Part shown: piece after piece, positions 38,695-52,500 of the stretch
Layout of the letters: each line of letters starts with the position of its first letter
Numbering within the stretch: position 1 is the first letter of the stretch
The notes under the pieces: model-generated
The model's input: only the letters and a program-made list of their open reading frames with translations
Database searches by the model: none
Told to the model about the DNA's origin: nothing
Position numbers and translations under genes: made by a program
NCBI GenBank assembly: GCA_002633005.1
Contig: NMRA01000041.1
Location: 449,589 to 513,588, forward strand
Length of the DNA stretch: 64,000 nt
Direction: 5' to 3'
Source of the DNA: Phoronis australis
Taxonomy: Eukaryota > Animalia > Phoronida

Positions 38695-40281
38695 ACAAGA
38701 CTTTGAAAAGCGTTTCAATGCCGAAATTAATATTTTTCGTTGTTTTGGACTGTAAAGTATATGTAAGTATTTCTCGTCAAAATACACTAACCGGAAACTG
38801 CACCAGAAAGGTCAGGAGAGTTCAGCTCATCACGTAAGAATATGCCGGAGTTGCGAATCTGTTGTCTTTAAAGTCCTGCTCTCACACGTTGTTAAACCTT
38901 ATTACATGGTTACATGTAGAGGATGTTATAAGGATCCAACAAGTATCTACCCCATAACTAATACACGACACGTACTCGAAAAAAAGTTTAAATGAACGTG
39001 CCACTCACGATTGGCACCCGAAAAACCACCGCCATTTTGAACTTGCCGCGAATTACCCGGAAGTACAATTCATTCAGGAACCCAGGCCGAGAAAACGCCG
39101 TCAGTGCGACTGGAGCAGTGCCTATACTGTTACCAGCCAGCAAACGGGGATAAAATAATCGACAGCGCGCCTTAATTTTAATAAAATAAAACTACGGACA
39201 ATTTTATCGAATTTGCTGAAGAAATGTGGCGAATAAGTTATGACAGAAATAATTTTGCCAAACTCGGGACCGCAGTCTGTCGGACCCGGTGCGGATCGAG
39301 ACCAGACACTGGCGAACGATAAATGCATGCGGTTGCAAGCTGTTTTGTCGAAGTAAAACGGTCAAATGATAAATGCTGCACATATTCAAGGGTAGTTTCA
39401 GACACTTGCATGAAATTACGGGCTGGTTAGTGCTGTGTCACACTGCCGCGGCAGACCTTAGTTAGCCTCAGTCACCAGCTACGAGTGAAGACTATCGTCA
39501 AAATACAGCTTGTTAGTAGGCCTATACAACTTTGCGCCAAGGCTACCCTTAGGCCTAACTGGTCGCTGGCCGCAGCGCTCGCTCAAACGAGGTTTATTTA
39601 GAGTTTGGGTACTTCTGGTGAACTGTGCAAAGTTGTTGGCTTTCAATAGAGATTTTCCCAGACTTTGTATGAGCGCACCAAGCCTAAAAGAATGTGGGGG
39701 GTTCGACCCATATTGGTTCCTAGGTTCGACCGGCCTACGTAATGCTATTTTAATTTACTAAGTACGCGTAATTTATGTAGTATTTTCAGATACTGGAACC
39801 ACATGGGCAGTTTGAGAGCAGGGCTATAATCTATGGTGCACATTAAAGTTGGGTGCAAAACATACATGTATAACACATTTATTTCAATTGAAATTGAATT
39901 AATAAACAATGCAATGTATTTTTATGTCGTCTAGAGTAACTGTAAGTACTGTAGTTGACTTGTGTGGTCTTACTTCGTGCATTTCCGTCTAAACGAAACG
40001 TTCACGACCTTAGGGCCTCATTCAAAATGGCCGGCGATATCAGCGACCGTTTTAAAACTCTGCTTACGGATACGAACAAGGATTAAGATTGTCAAAACAC
40101 GTATATTTGTGAAGGCTGACGTCCATGAGCAGTTGCAAACGGACTTTGGGTAGTACGACAATCAACTGCTTATTATGCTTATATTCACGACTTTAAGTCA
40201 CCGGACAACGCCAGAAATATCTGACATAGGCAGTGCGCATGCGCAGCCAGCAGCTAACTATTCCCCCACAGAAATACACAC
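38695..40281 (+). repeat. 1.59-kb near-identical direct duplication, copy 2
   Basis: See copy 1. The duplicated ORF calls at offset 3024 confirm it. Confidence 0.95.
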
Positions 40282-40594
40282 AAGAAGGGGTTTTCCGAGG
40301 AATTTTGATTTAGGGGAGACAACTCTGCAATTTGCCGATAGCTAGCGAGAAAAACATAGCCCTAAGGATTCATTATGCTGAATATTGGAGAGATTGGTGA
40401 AGATTTTTCGGTGTCCATTGAAGTTTGAAGTTTGCCCATGTTGATGGTACACAGCCTATCTCCCGGAAGGCAATATTTGAGCCCAAACCCATTTTCAAAT
40501 CAAATCTGTGGAGAGTATAATTCAGTTCCTTTGTTTGCCGATAGCGGAGGTCACGAACAGTGTGACCTAGATATCACAAATGCTGTTTTCGAAC

Positions 40595-41575
40595 NNNNNN
40601 NNNNNNNNNNNNNNNNNNNNNNNNNNNNNNNNNNNNNNNNNNNNNNNNNNNNNNNNNNNNNNNNNNNNNNNNNNNNNNNNNNNNNNNNNNNNNNNNNNNN
40701 NNNNNNNNNNNNNNNNNNNNNNNNNNNNNNNNNNNNNNNNNNNNNNNNNNNNNNNNNNNNNNNNNNNNNNNNNNNNNNNNNNNNNNNNNNNNNNNNNNNN
40801 NNNNNNNNNNNNNNNNNNNNNNNNNNNNNNNNNNNNNNNNNNNNNNNNNNNNNNNNNNNNNNNNNNNNNNNNNNNNNNNNNNNNNNNNNNNNNNNNNNNN
40901 NNNNNNNNNNNNNNNNNNNNNNNNNNNNNNNNNNNNNNNNNNNNNNNNNNNNNNNNNNNNNNNNNNNNNNNNNNNNNNNNNNNNNNNNNNNNNNNNNNNN
41001 NNNNNNNNNNNNNNNNNNNNNNNNNNNNNNNNNNNNNNNNNNNNNNNNNNNNNNNNNNNNNNNNNNNNNNNNNNNNNNNNNNNNNNNNNNNNNNNNNNNN
41101 NNNNNNNNNNNNNNNNNNNNNNNNNNNNNNNNNNNNNNNNNNNNNNNNNNNNNNNNNNNNNNNNNNNNNNNNNNNNNNNNNNNNNNNNNNNNNNNNNNNN
41201 NNNNNNNNNNNNNNNNNNNNNNNNNNNNNNNNNNNNNNNNNNNNNNNNNNNNNNNNNNNNNNNNNNNNNNNNNNNNNNNNNNNNNNNNNNNNNNNNNNNN
41301 NNNNNNNNNNNNNNNNNNNNNNNNNNNNNNNNNNNNNNNNNNNNNNNNNNNNNNNNNNNNNNNNNNNNNNNNNNNNNNNNNNNNNNNNNNNNNNNNNNNN
41401 NNNNNNNNNNNNNNNNNNNNNNNNNNNNNNNNNNNNNNNNNNNNNNNNNNNNNNNNNNNNNNNNNNNNNNNNNNNNNNNNNNNNNNNNNNNNNNNNNNNN
41501 NNNNNNNNNNNNNNNNNNNNNNNNNNNNNNNNNNNNNNNNNNNNNNNNNNNNNNNNNNNNNNNNNNNNNNNNNNN
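40595..41575. other. Assembly gap
   Basis: Run of N. Confidence 1.
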
Positions 41576-41812
41576 TCGTCAAGGTTTGAAGTAGTCCATG
41601 ATGAACGGATCAAATTTAGTTGCGCATGTAAGTCTTTTGAATGGACTTGGCAACCTCAAGGGTCTTAGTGTCAACTGAGCTGCGAAACGAGATGCTAACA
41701 TTGTAGAGGCTTACAAGCTCATTGACACAGCAGTTGACGAAGTGCAAGCGTTGGGAACAAACATCGAAGATATCTGGGTAGAATGGGCCCGACGGCAGAA
41801 ATACGACCCTTT

Positions 41813-41995
41813 ACCGACGTCGCGCCAATTCAATTCCGACCATTTATGAACGTCCCGCCACCCTGCAAGCGATTGTTTACCGACGTCGCACCAACGTAGA
41901 GGCGGCTGTTCGCCAACGTTGCACCAACTAAGAGGCAACTGTTTGCCAACGTCGCACCAACTTAGAGGCGCCCGTTTGCCAACGTCGCACCGACC
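41813..41995. repeat. ~33-bp tandem repeats (ccaacgtcgcaccaac..agaggc..gtttg)
   Basis: Five to six diverged units visible directly. Confidence 0.85.
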
Positions 41996-42527
41996 TTCGA
42001 CTTTTCAGCAACCTGATTTTCCCGCTTGCTCCCATAGAGGACATACATGTACTGGTTTAACGATTAAATCAGTATGGCATCTATGGGAGCAATCGGAAAA
42101 CGCACGTGGTTAAAAAGTCGCAGGTAGGTTCCACGTTGGTAAACAGTCGAAAACATGTTAAGAACAGTCAGGGCCACCCAACCAACTGTTGGCGACAACA
42201 ATGCTCGGATTGTACATCAGGATACGCACAGCAAGCAGTATGTCATTAAATGCATTCCTGTGTTCTTTAAGCATTTTATTAAAGCATATCGATACCAGAA
42301 ATGATGAATACCAAAAATGGTAAATGATGAAGTAAATCATAAAAATTAACTATTTGCACAGAGCATAACTTTCAAAGCTGCAAATATCTCATTATGACCT
42401 TGAATATGAAAATTTGTGGCAAGCCTCGCGAAGTGAGTTTCATGAAAACTGTGCTAACATTATAACTACACTGTAGGAAAAACAAACACTTCACCCATAA
42501 AACTTAAGACTTAATAAATAGTACATG

Positions 42528-42777
42528 TATGCGCGCACCCGTGGGGGATCGGGGGCTCAAACGAGCCCCTTTCCGTTTCATAGGGTGGACAAAAATGTCA
42601 GCCATGTAGAAACAAAAATATCGAAAAAAGTAGAAAACTAAAGTCCACTAAAAAGGCAGGAATAACCAAAATTCCAGGAATGCAAAATTCATAGCTCTGA
42701 ACGTACCCCTGAATCTGAGTAAAAGGTCCACATTCTCAAAAATTTGAGCCCCCCATTTTTGGCTGGGTGCGCGCATG
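42528..42777. mobile_element. hAT-like MITE
   Basis: TIR atgcgcgcaccc / gggtgcgcgcat, with ggggggctcaaa / tttgagcccccc. No TSD recognised. Confidence 0.55.
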
Positions 42778-45700
42778 ATTACTAGACTAAAAAAATAATT
42801 CTCATTACAAAGCCTGAGTTTATATATCAAAGAATACTCAAAACTACGTTTGGAACAAAAAAAAAATTGATCATTGTTCCATTAGCGTAATATTTGCCAA
42901 AGTGAGCTTTCCAGTAATTAAGGTTTCATTGCAGGACATAAAATAGAGAAATATGAGCAAATCAACAAACTTACTGTACTTATGACTATAAGAATTATGA
43001 GTATGCCAAACATTTGGTAAAATACAACAAAAACATTTTCAAGGATACTTAAACAGGGATCCATGAAGCACTATGAAAAACACAGGACATGAGATGTAAA
43101 TCAATAAACTAAAATACAATTATGTGCCTAAAGGAACATCGAATTGGCAAATAAATAATCCCGAACTTTTCAATGAAAAGCTGAATGTTAATCAAGCTAT
43201 GGAATATAGAGCACTGGAATTTAAAGCAATTTTAGCAACTGTAACAATGCATTTCTTTCAACTGTCTAAGAATTTAATGTAAGTTGAAGAAGATGCCTCT
43301 CAACACAAAGTCTTCATAAGAAATCGGGCCCAAACAATATAAACTTTTAAAAAGACTTAACAGAATGTTAAAATTTGACCAGATTGAAACATCAGTACGA
43401 AATTAAGATGCCATCTGCAAGTTAATTAAAATACGAAATATTTTTAATCAGGCATAAAGAAGTACTCCCATTTAAACTTTTATACAATAAGGCCCAAGTT
43501 AAAATGTACTGCAGAATCAATCTGTATCTTGATCGTCACTACCAAGTTCTTGGACATAATCTAAAACTTGCACAGCTTTCCCTGCAAATTGCAAAACTAC
43601 ATGAAAGTAAGTTTTAAATTCAATACAAAGCAAATTCATGAAAAACATATGTTGAGGTCTTTGGTTTCATATTCAGAAAGTTTAATTTTAGGTTTAGCTT
43701 GTATGAAAAACTAAACTCTATATTAAGGAATATTACTATAAAAGTTGAAAAAAACAGTTTTGTTCACAATGCTAGAAAGACTAGGTGTTTAAAAGATTTG
43801 CCAATTCATCGATTTTGAAAACTATAACATTGTTGTTTACCTGTTTGTTGCCTCCTATCTTCTGTCACCGTCTCTGTCGCCAGAATACTTCAGCTCAGCA
43901 CTTCAGCCATCATTTCAATTGATCTTCACTTTCTACCACCTTTAACTTGCATCTTTAAATTTCAAACAAAAATATCCTATTATATGTAATTACTAAAAAT
44001 GACGTAGTTAAAAAGTACAACTGACGAAGCTACGCATTATAGACTTTATTGTTCAACTTTCTCACAGCTATATTAACAGAGGTTTAAACATTTTCACATT
44101 TTACAGCAATGATGAGCAGGAAATTTACTTACCAGTAGCATATTTAATTTCTGCATGGTTCAAGACCCAGTCCACCTCAGGCTATCTCTTCTGCTCTGCT
44201 TTAAAAGTTACTTTGCTTTCAGAGAGTTGAGGGTGGCAGGTTGCAATCATCTCCCTTCGCACAAACCCAACACATGGGAACTACTTCTACACTGCCCTCA
44301 TCAGTGACATACACATCAGCATACATTCTGAAACACAATGAATACCAATCATGTTAAAATAGTCATTAGCACGTCTTTGCATTCTTCTTCTTCCATGAGC
44401 AAGTAGAAGTGCTATGGCTCTCCTTGGCCTGAGAATGCAAAATTGATCAATCCTGTATCACCCTGGTAAGCGTTACAAGCTTATAAATGTCATCAAACAA
44501 GATAAATAAACTATATATTTGTTTAGGATTGTGGTTTTAATGTGTTATGAAAATCAAATTTGCCTTTTAATTTCATTTTAATGAAGTTGTTTATTAAAAC
44601 TAGTCTATGATTCTGGATGTTGTGTCCATACGTTGTATTATTACTTGTCTGAATAGAGATGATATGAGAAAAAGTCAGCAACAATGATAGAGATTCCACA
44701 AACTGTTTTGACTTGTCATTGCATAGAGTTTAAATTTTGTCATGATGAGTTTGGCTTACTTGTGAAAAATTTGAAAACCAATGCAATAAGTTTGAAGTGC
44801 AGTGTACTGAGAGATTAGTAATTTCTTAACCAAATTACAACATTTTGAATTTTTGGAACCAGGTCAATACACATTCCAATGCTTACAATAACTTCCCACA
44901 GTATTTACAGGAGCTTTCGAACACATGCATGAATTATATAACTCCACTCAAGTTTCAACTTCCAGCTGTGGAGAACACTGACTGGACTTGTCATGCGAGG
45001 ACATGTGAGCTAACAACTTCATTGCAACTTTCTTCTTTTCCGTGTTCGCATGCTTTGAAGTTTAAATTTACTCAATCAAGTAAATTCCACAGAGTTCTGG
45101 ATATTTTTACAAATTCTGTCTTAAAAGACTAACTCTGTTTCTCTGATACCAATCTCACTGTTCTGACCATATTGTGCGTATAGACTGACCATGTCAGTCA
45201 GTCAGTAAGATATTTTGCATAGGAGGTTCTCTTTGAATATGTTGTGTAATAACTAATTGCCACAGCATGACAAAAATACACTACCAACAGCGACCAAGTT
45301 TGACGTGTCATTCAAACCAAAGACCTGATCTCTAGACTATACAGTTTCAATGACTTACAAAAATTGTTACTGTACACTGTCAATAGAACAGTGGACTCTC
45401 ATAAAGACACACAGTAACAGCGAGCAGGTAAGTCCCCAGGTTCTGTTGACCCAAAATCTAACCAGGCTTAGCTGTGACATGTGAGCTTATATTTCAATCT
45501 TCTTGAACACTGCACCTCTAGTGCACACCATATTAGTAAGCAGGCTAAAGAAAGGAGTACTGTGTACGTCATTACATAGTCATAGATGTCCTGGAACTCA
45601 GTCGAGGTTTGTAATGCAAACTCACCAGTGTGTAACACACATGACTTTCAATCGGGGTCATTGTAATCCTGATCGAAAGTTAAGCTGTAGCCATTCACAA

Positions 45701-47140
45701 CAATCGATCTGACAACACACTTGTCACGTACGTAGCTACGGAGTGGCGAGATAGCGAACCTTGCCAAATTTACGGCGTATCTATGTAAGCGTCCAGAACT
45801 ACATAATATCGTATGCAGTACTCCCATTTTCATGGGATATATCAGAGGTATGATCTAAAGTATCGAAAAAGCTCTCATGCCAAGGGCCATGGCTATGTCT
45901 ATGATATTTCGACTTTTCAGTCTCACTGTATAATCACAATCTGAGTACTGGCAGAAGAATTATTGAATTTAGAAATTAGTGGTCCCTGATTTTGATAACC
46001 AGACAACCACTAAGTAGCAGACATGTTTTTGGCGTGGATGAAACTGCTAGTGCAATGATCATCAATATTTTCTGCACTGGCTGACACTGAAAATTCATCT
46101 GATCAGTCAGATCAGGACAGAAGTTTAATTCTTAAATCATCAAATCAGCTGTTGATTAAGCACAACAAACAGGCACGTTTTGCAGTTACAAGGATAAACT
46201 AGATACCTACTTACCTCACAGGCTGACGTAAATGTATGAAATGTATACCGCTAACGGTTTTGCGCTTAAACACAGTTTCCGGTTAGCTGATCAGCGACAC
46301 CTGTTGAAGAAAAGTTAACATACTGCTCTCAGCCAATCCTGCGTGCCGGGAACAGTTTGAACGGTGGAAAATTCTGTGGAAGGTGACACTGTTTGGAAAT
46401 TAGAGAGTGTTTAACCAATGACTACCAATTATTTGGTTTGACGAAAACAACTCACGAGCGCAGAGCGAACCAAGACCGGCAGCGGGCGGGGCCCGGCCCG
46501 GCCCCCGGGCCGCTTGGCTCCGGATGGAATGAAATGTTTACATATGGGCACGGCAGTATATATTTTTCTGAATCGTAGACGTATTTTTAATTTTCCTTTT
46601 TCAATTTAACGCTATCAAATGGACCTACACTTTGACAACGACACGACGTTGGACCGACGTCGGACTCAGCACCACATATGATTTCTCGCACCGCGTCGCA
46701 ACCGCGTCGGCCCAATGTCAAACGTGCCCGACGCGCTGAGCCAACATTGGTCCGACGTCAAGACTGAAAAATACTCAAAGTAAGACGAATAGGTTGTCTT
46801 CTACACAGTGACTATAAAAACATAATATCACAAGCGTCGAATTTACTTGGAAGTGCAAAACAGGCTTTTAAAGGCAGTATCTCGTAGACCGCCGACCAAC
46901 GTCGGACCAACGTCAAAAAACCGACCGCGACCTATCGACCTCGAGCCAACGAATGGCGACGTCGGCCCGATGTAGTGATATGCTATCTGGGTAACCGACA
47001 CTAATTGTTAGGGCCAAAAGAAAAACGCAGCTGAAGAATGCAACACGCTGTGTGCTTAGCAGTTTCGGCCCACACTCCTTGGTCATAGTCGACTAGCAGA
47101 GCCTGCAAGTCAAGTAGCCGCTTAGAGACGGATACAGAGG

Positions 47141-47159
47141 CATATATACATATACATAT

Positions 47160-47207
<48 letters not shown>
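47141..47207. repeat. (CATATA)n/(CA)n microsatellite
   Basis: Direct observation. It abuts the single N at 47208. Confidence 0.97.
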
Positions 47208-47459
47208 NGACTAAACACGCCTGATGTACCGCAAAAGGCATCAGGCCACCTGCACCTTTTTATGCGTTGTTGTAAAATATTTGTATTTTACTGAGTATCC
47301 TTTTTATTCCTTGTAAACATTTCGTTCGTTCGTAGTATTAAAAGCGGTTTTTGCAAATTATTGCACTTGTTCAAAGTTAATAACTTTTTGAACTTACAAA
47401 AAACGACTAAATTTTACTCCAGTTGAGAGTTTGAGCAATACAATTTTCGTCTGCAATTT

Positions 47460-47960
47460 AACACCATAATCCAAGCATTATTCAGAATGGCTATTAGTCT
47501 AAATTTTTCAATCAATGCAGACGTTGTCGTTATTTTGTGTGTTGAAGTTACAGCTCAAGCAATCAGAATAAACAAAAATGTGGATGACATTAAAATATGG
47601 CAGGAAATTTTTAATATTTCACAGTATGCGGACGCCAAAACATTATTCTTGGGTGGTTCCAAAAGTTCTTTGAAAATTTCTCTATTATCTTTGTAAGAGG
47701 TTGAAGTGTCCGGTTTAAACATTGATTTCCATGTACCAAAAGTAAGGTGAATGGGATCAATGAGAGAGTCTTATAGAAGGTTTTGTAAAGAAAATAATTT
47801 AAAATAATTATAATTGTATAACTGAATTCAACGCCCTAGGAACTCAATTGAAGAATGATCGTGATGATATCTCGCAAATAATTTCAAATAGTTCCCACCA
47901 TGCCCCTGTGTCTCAAAAAGGATTTGTATTCCTGTTGCTAAGAAACAAGCCAACAACTTT
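47460..47960 (+). mobile_element. Decayed L1/Tx1-type RT fragment
   Basis: ILCVEVTAQAIRINKNVDDIKI....ISQYADAKTLFL, then VSGLNI. Further probable remnants at ~49960-50335. Confidence 0.75.
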
Positions 47961-48384
47961 ATTAAAATAATATTTTTCTGTTATCGGGGCTGTCGTGAAG
48001 AAAACCCGCGAAGAGCCCCCTTTTTCAGCTATGAAGAGGCACGTTTGTGAAGGCTGTAGTAACAGCAAGTTGACTGAGCACTTCTCTGTGCTAAAATGTC
48101 TTTAATACGTGGAATTTGCACAGGCATGGTTTCGGTTTGTGTGCCGTACGAGAGTGTGGAATGTCAGTGTGGAATGTGCGTTTCACCGAGTCGAGTGCCA
48201 CACTTTATTCGACACCTTTCAAGGAATTCTGTTTCGACCACACACAAAACGGCGTTGCGATGAAGGACTTGCCACCTTGGAAGTTTGCAAATTTTATAAA
48301 TAACGAGTAAACTTCTTCCGTTTTAGGGCGAGTGATGCCAGTCCCTCAGTCTACCCCCGCCCAGATCGAGTGGTACGACAAGTA

Positions 48385-49556
48385 CAGCCGATTTCATAAA
48401 GGTGGTTTAAAGTTAAACCTGGTTTAAACTGGACTTAGACCAGGTTTAATGATAATCTGCATTTCATAAAGGTGGTTTAACTTTTAGACCAGTGGTCTTG
48501 TAAAACCTGGTTTAACTCCAGTTTAGACCTGATCTATGTCAGTTTTCATTTCACCAACGAGGTCTATATCCTTTAGACCTGTATTAAGATCTTAAACTAT
48601 GTTTAACTTTAGATTTGGTCAGACCCAGGTTTAACTGTTAAATATGTCAGACTTGCATGGTATAGGTACAACTGAACGATGCCGCGGTGTGCAATTGCGA
48701 CGCAGTTTTAGAGCGAAAATGGACTATTTCCAATATTCAGGTTTACTACGACACGAGATCAAACGTAGCAGGGGCAGATCCAGGATTTTTTAAAGGGGAG
48801 CGGACGGTCAAGGACTTTTTGAAAGGGGGACCAAGTCAACAATTTGAAAATTATAGATTTGATATAATTAAAATCAAGGGAAAAGGGGGCTCCGGACCCC
48901 TTGACCCCCCTGGATCCGCCTATGCGTAGACCAGTACGTGCTGGAGTGTGTCCTGCGGATTCCTCAGAATACGACTGGTCGAGCAGGTCTCATCGTCGCA
49001 AGCCCTACGGATTTGACTTAAGATAGCATCCTCTGATTCTTCTGACTGAGTTCCACCTCCACTGTTCTCCGATTCAATGTTGCCGGGAAGGGTCTTGACC
49101 CCCCCCTTTGGCCGCTAAAAATAAACACTAAAATAACACGGAAATAAATTTGGGCATTTATCATTTTACATCTAATCATCAGCATGTTCTTTAATGTGTG
49201 TGTGTTGGGCACACAAATAACATTTTTCCTCATGAGAAAAGCTTTTAGACATTTGTCGCTAATGTCTGCACTGATTCTACTGGTGTATGCCATTCTATAC
49301 CCACGTGATCAAGGTTTCATTGAAACACTTCAATAGTTTCTTTGTTGGGTTTACCCAGCTCGACACAGTTGGGTGCCTTTGATACTGTAAACCTGGTTCT
49401 ACTGAACCAGATCCCTGGTCTAGCAAAACCAGGCTTTCAGACTTTTAAACCATGTTGGTGAAATGCAAGTTAGGTTTAAAATTTAAACCAGGTTTAGGAA
49501 GACCAGGTTTAAGTCTTAAACCTGGTTTTGTTAAACCACCTTTATGAAATCGGCTG
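48385..49556. mobile_element. PIF/Harbinger-like non-autonomous element
   Basis: Perfect 26-bp TIR cagccgatttcataaaggtggtttaa / ttaaaccacctttatgaaatcggctg, 3-bp direct repeat GTA on both sides, and many aaacc(t/a)ggttt subterminal motifs. Confidence 0.85.
48769..48924. mobile_element. 156-bp hAT-like MITE nested in the Harbinger-like element
   Basis: TIR caggggcagatccagg / cctggatccgcctatg with 5-bp TSD CGTAG (48764-48768 and 48925-48929). Confidence 0.8.
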
Positions 49557-52500
49557 GTAGAGTTTTGCATTGTGTTTAGACCGTGCTCCACAAAGATACA
49601 AGTAACCCATGATTGCTGTGACTTTTTTTGGTCGGTGATTATTAAGAATCTGTTTTGTGAATATTGACCACCCCTTGGTTTAGTTAGTTGTGGCTCACAA
49701 ATGTTTGCAGCATTTATCGTGCAAGTGGATGGAGCTCGGCATTAAAACCGACGAAAGTTCGTTAAGTGGAAAATCTAATTCATTGTCAGATTCTTTAAGT
49801 GCATGAGCGTGATGCCTGAATTCACTCTTACATGTATCTCTATCTGCACAATAATTGTCTAGTTCTCGCTCAAAATCGTCCTTGACTTCTGACCTGCTGT
49901 ATTCCGCCACTGCAACTGATTGTCAGGTGACCAAAAGTCTTCCACCCATTACATCATTTCGCGGAAAATTTGGAAATAACTAATTTTTAAAAAGTCACGA
50001 GTACTTGGCATAAAGATTAATATATATTTAGTTACATTTCGTGGCAGTCATTTCGTATTAGCCAACTGCACCTTCAAAAACGAAGAAAATGCATGGGGGA
50101 AACTCTTTAAACCAAAAAATTAGATTCAAATGAAAAATTTGCTAAGAACTTAGAGTTGTATTGCCTTGACACTAATAGGGAAATTACATTAATTAAAACA
50201 TTAGCTCTGCCAAAAATCACGCATTAAATTTGCTTTATTCAACAGTCGTATAAGAAAGGTTTTGAGAACACTGCGAGATTTAATAAATGATGATGGAACA
50301 ATTCTGAGTTTACAATCATTTAGGATAAAATTTGGTTAGATACCCGTTATAGACCTAATTTACGTCGACTGTAGGCGGTTTCCAGAACTAGGCTCGCTAC
50401 GATAGCTCCGTTGGCTTATCGGCATTGTTGTATTCCGCGTTACTCGAGCGGTTAGAAGAAAAATACGGATACTCAACTGTCTGTTTTACAATCCCTCAGG
50501 ACGTTGAGATTCGGAAGCGTCGGGACGTTGACATACGCCGCGACGAAGAAAAATATGTCAGTGTAAAATTTATAAATATTTTAGACAAGTTTGATTAGTT
50601 TTGTCGCATCTCGGATGCCGAGCGTCATGGCTAACCAGGCGGTCTTATCATGACTTCATGTTGAATCATGGTGCATTTTTCTTTCCAAAAAGGACATGGC
50701 CCTCAATCCCTGGGTTTTGGGGCCGAATATCGGCCCTATTCCCCTCTCAAAAATATTAAATATTATACGAAATTCCCCCCTCGACGTCTAAAAACTCCCC
50801 TAGTGAATGAAAAATTCTCACACACAAAATACTACTTGCCACAGAGCCTATGAGAGCTTGCAACAGGGAGGGGTTGCTATTTCTGGTGATCGGGAGGCAC
50901 ATGTTTCCCCTCACTCGCCAAAAAGTTCACCTCTCAGAAGGCACAAGCACCGTCCCCTCGTTTGAACGAGGCCCGCCCCTGAAGAAACATGATAATTATG
51001 CTTGTTCTGTCCAATTAACTGAAAGTGAGCTCTAAATGAGGTTATGCTTTGGACGAACGAATAAGGTGTTTTAATTTTAAAATTCAATTTAGTCTATATT
51101 GATATTTGAAGCCTTACACATGAAATAGACGTAAGAATTATTAAAACCAAGATAGCAGAATTTATGGTCAAATAATTTTTATTTTCAATTACGAGCCTGT
51201 TTTTTATTTTAATAAAAATACATCTAATAACACCAATTATTCTGTAAGATCAATGACAAATCAACTGTTAGTCCCGGTATTCCCTAATTCACCAGGACCT
51301 AGTTTATGCTTGATGTTAAGAGCTTGTCCACGAGAGCACCAGCCACCCAGCGGCAAGGTGGGGGTCAGCCGATTGTCACCAAATTTGACACATACATGTA
51401 GGTAGTCCTATGAGATATATAAACAGTGGTAAAATATTTCCCCAAAATATTACGTTCTACTTACGTTATAGGCTCTAACATATTTCACGGCTTCGCAGCC
51501 ATGTTTTCACGCTGTAATAACTGTCCAGTTTTAACTGTTTACACTTTTCCTTGGATGAAAGCTATTGAACTATAATTCATTTGGCATTGTTAAGTGGTGC
51601 CTGTAGATTGTTACACAGATGTCTTGAACAAAATCCGATTTACCAGTTAGTAGTTTTACTACACTGCCCCCCCGTTTTCCCATTTTGAGGTTATGTTCAA
51701 AACACTGCTATACCAAATCTTCCCCCGCTGCTATGAGAATGAAACTTGGCCAAAATGTTGACAAAACATGTTTCTTTCATTGTATAAAATAAAAACGTTG
51801 TCAGCCAGTTTATTAGTTACACATTTTGGCACCTCAAATGTACTAAAATGAGAAATTTTCAAATATGTGATACACCGTTGCGTGAGCAGGTAAATTGGAT
51901 TGTCTAAATGTTTTTCGATATTTTGCAATGAGTTTGTTCCTTCTGAATGTTTTGAATGTTTTACTACTTACCACCCAGAACTACTGTACCCCTAGATACC
52001 ATACACTGCTCCATTTTTTGAAAAGCCGATTATGTCCTCCCCAGTCAACAGAGTTAGATACGACAACAGTGTAGGTTATTTTGATTTACAGTTGATATGC
52101 TTTGCAATTTCTTCATGGGTATTTCTTCACACCTATTCAAGTCAGATTTTCTGTTGATCAAACGTTCATGCAACGTATTGTAATATCAAATGAATGATAA
52201 GTGTAGTGGCATGACGACATAAAACAAAATGCCGCAGAAATTTTGCTGACGAAATACCGGGTTTGCAGTTCTCTAAAACACTTAAATGACAAGACAAACT
52301 CCACCACTGTCCATGGCAACTCGTTGCATGTATATCGCCCATCGGTCGTATCATTGTTTTCCTTTGTTTTGTCATTGTGGGATATAATAACACAGGTCGC
52401 ATGGATATAAAAGCTTGGGCGCACACCAGACCGTTGCAGATAACTTCTTGTCATTATCTTTACTATAACAACAGGAACAATGACGATGCTAATCTATGCG

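Larger units (their letters stand above)
41576..46991 (-). mobile_element. Decayed EnSpm/CACTA-like element (left end not seen, possibly in the gap)
   Basis: Right terminus tgctatctggg (CCCAGATAGCA on the minus strand). ccgacgtcg/ccaacgtcg subterminal arrays at 41810-41995 and 46640-46975. Minus-strand exon 44133-44327, MYADVYVTDEGSVEVVPMCWV..C.LPP, resembles the N-terminus of EnSpm accessory (DUF4806-type) proteins. Confidence 0.62.

Noticed and set aside
35671-40281. LTR retrotransposon with paired LTRs
   Set aside because: No TG..CA ends, PBS, PPT, TSD or gag/pol sequence between the copies, and one copy ends at an N join.
40432-41668. Four ORFs of 343-385 aa
   Set aside because: Artefacts of translating the N gap.
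41813-41995. CRISPR-like repeat array
   Set aside because: The inter-repeat segments resemble each other rather than being unique spacers, there are no cas genes, and the context is a eukaryotic transposon subterminal region.
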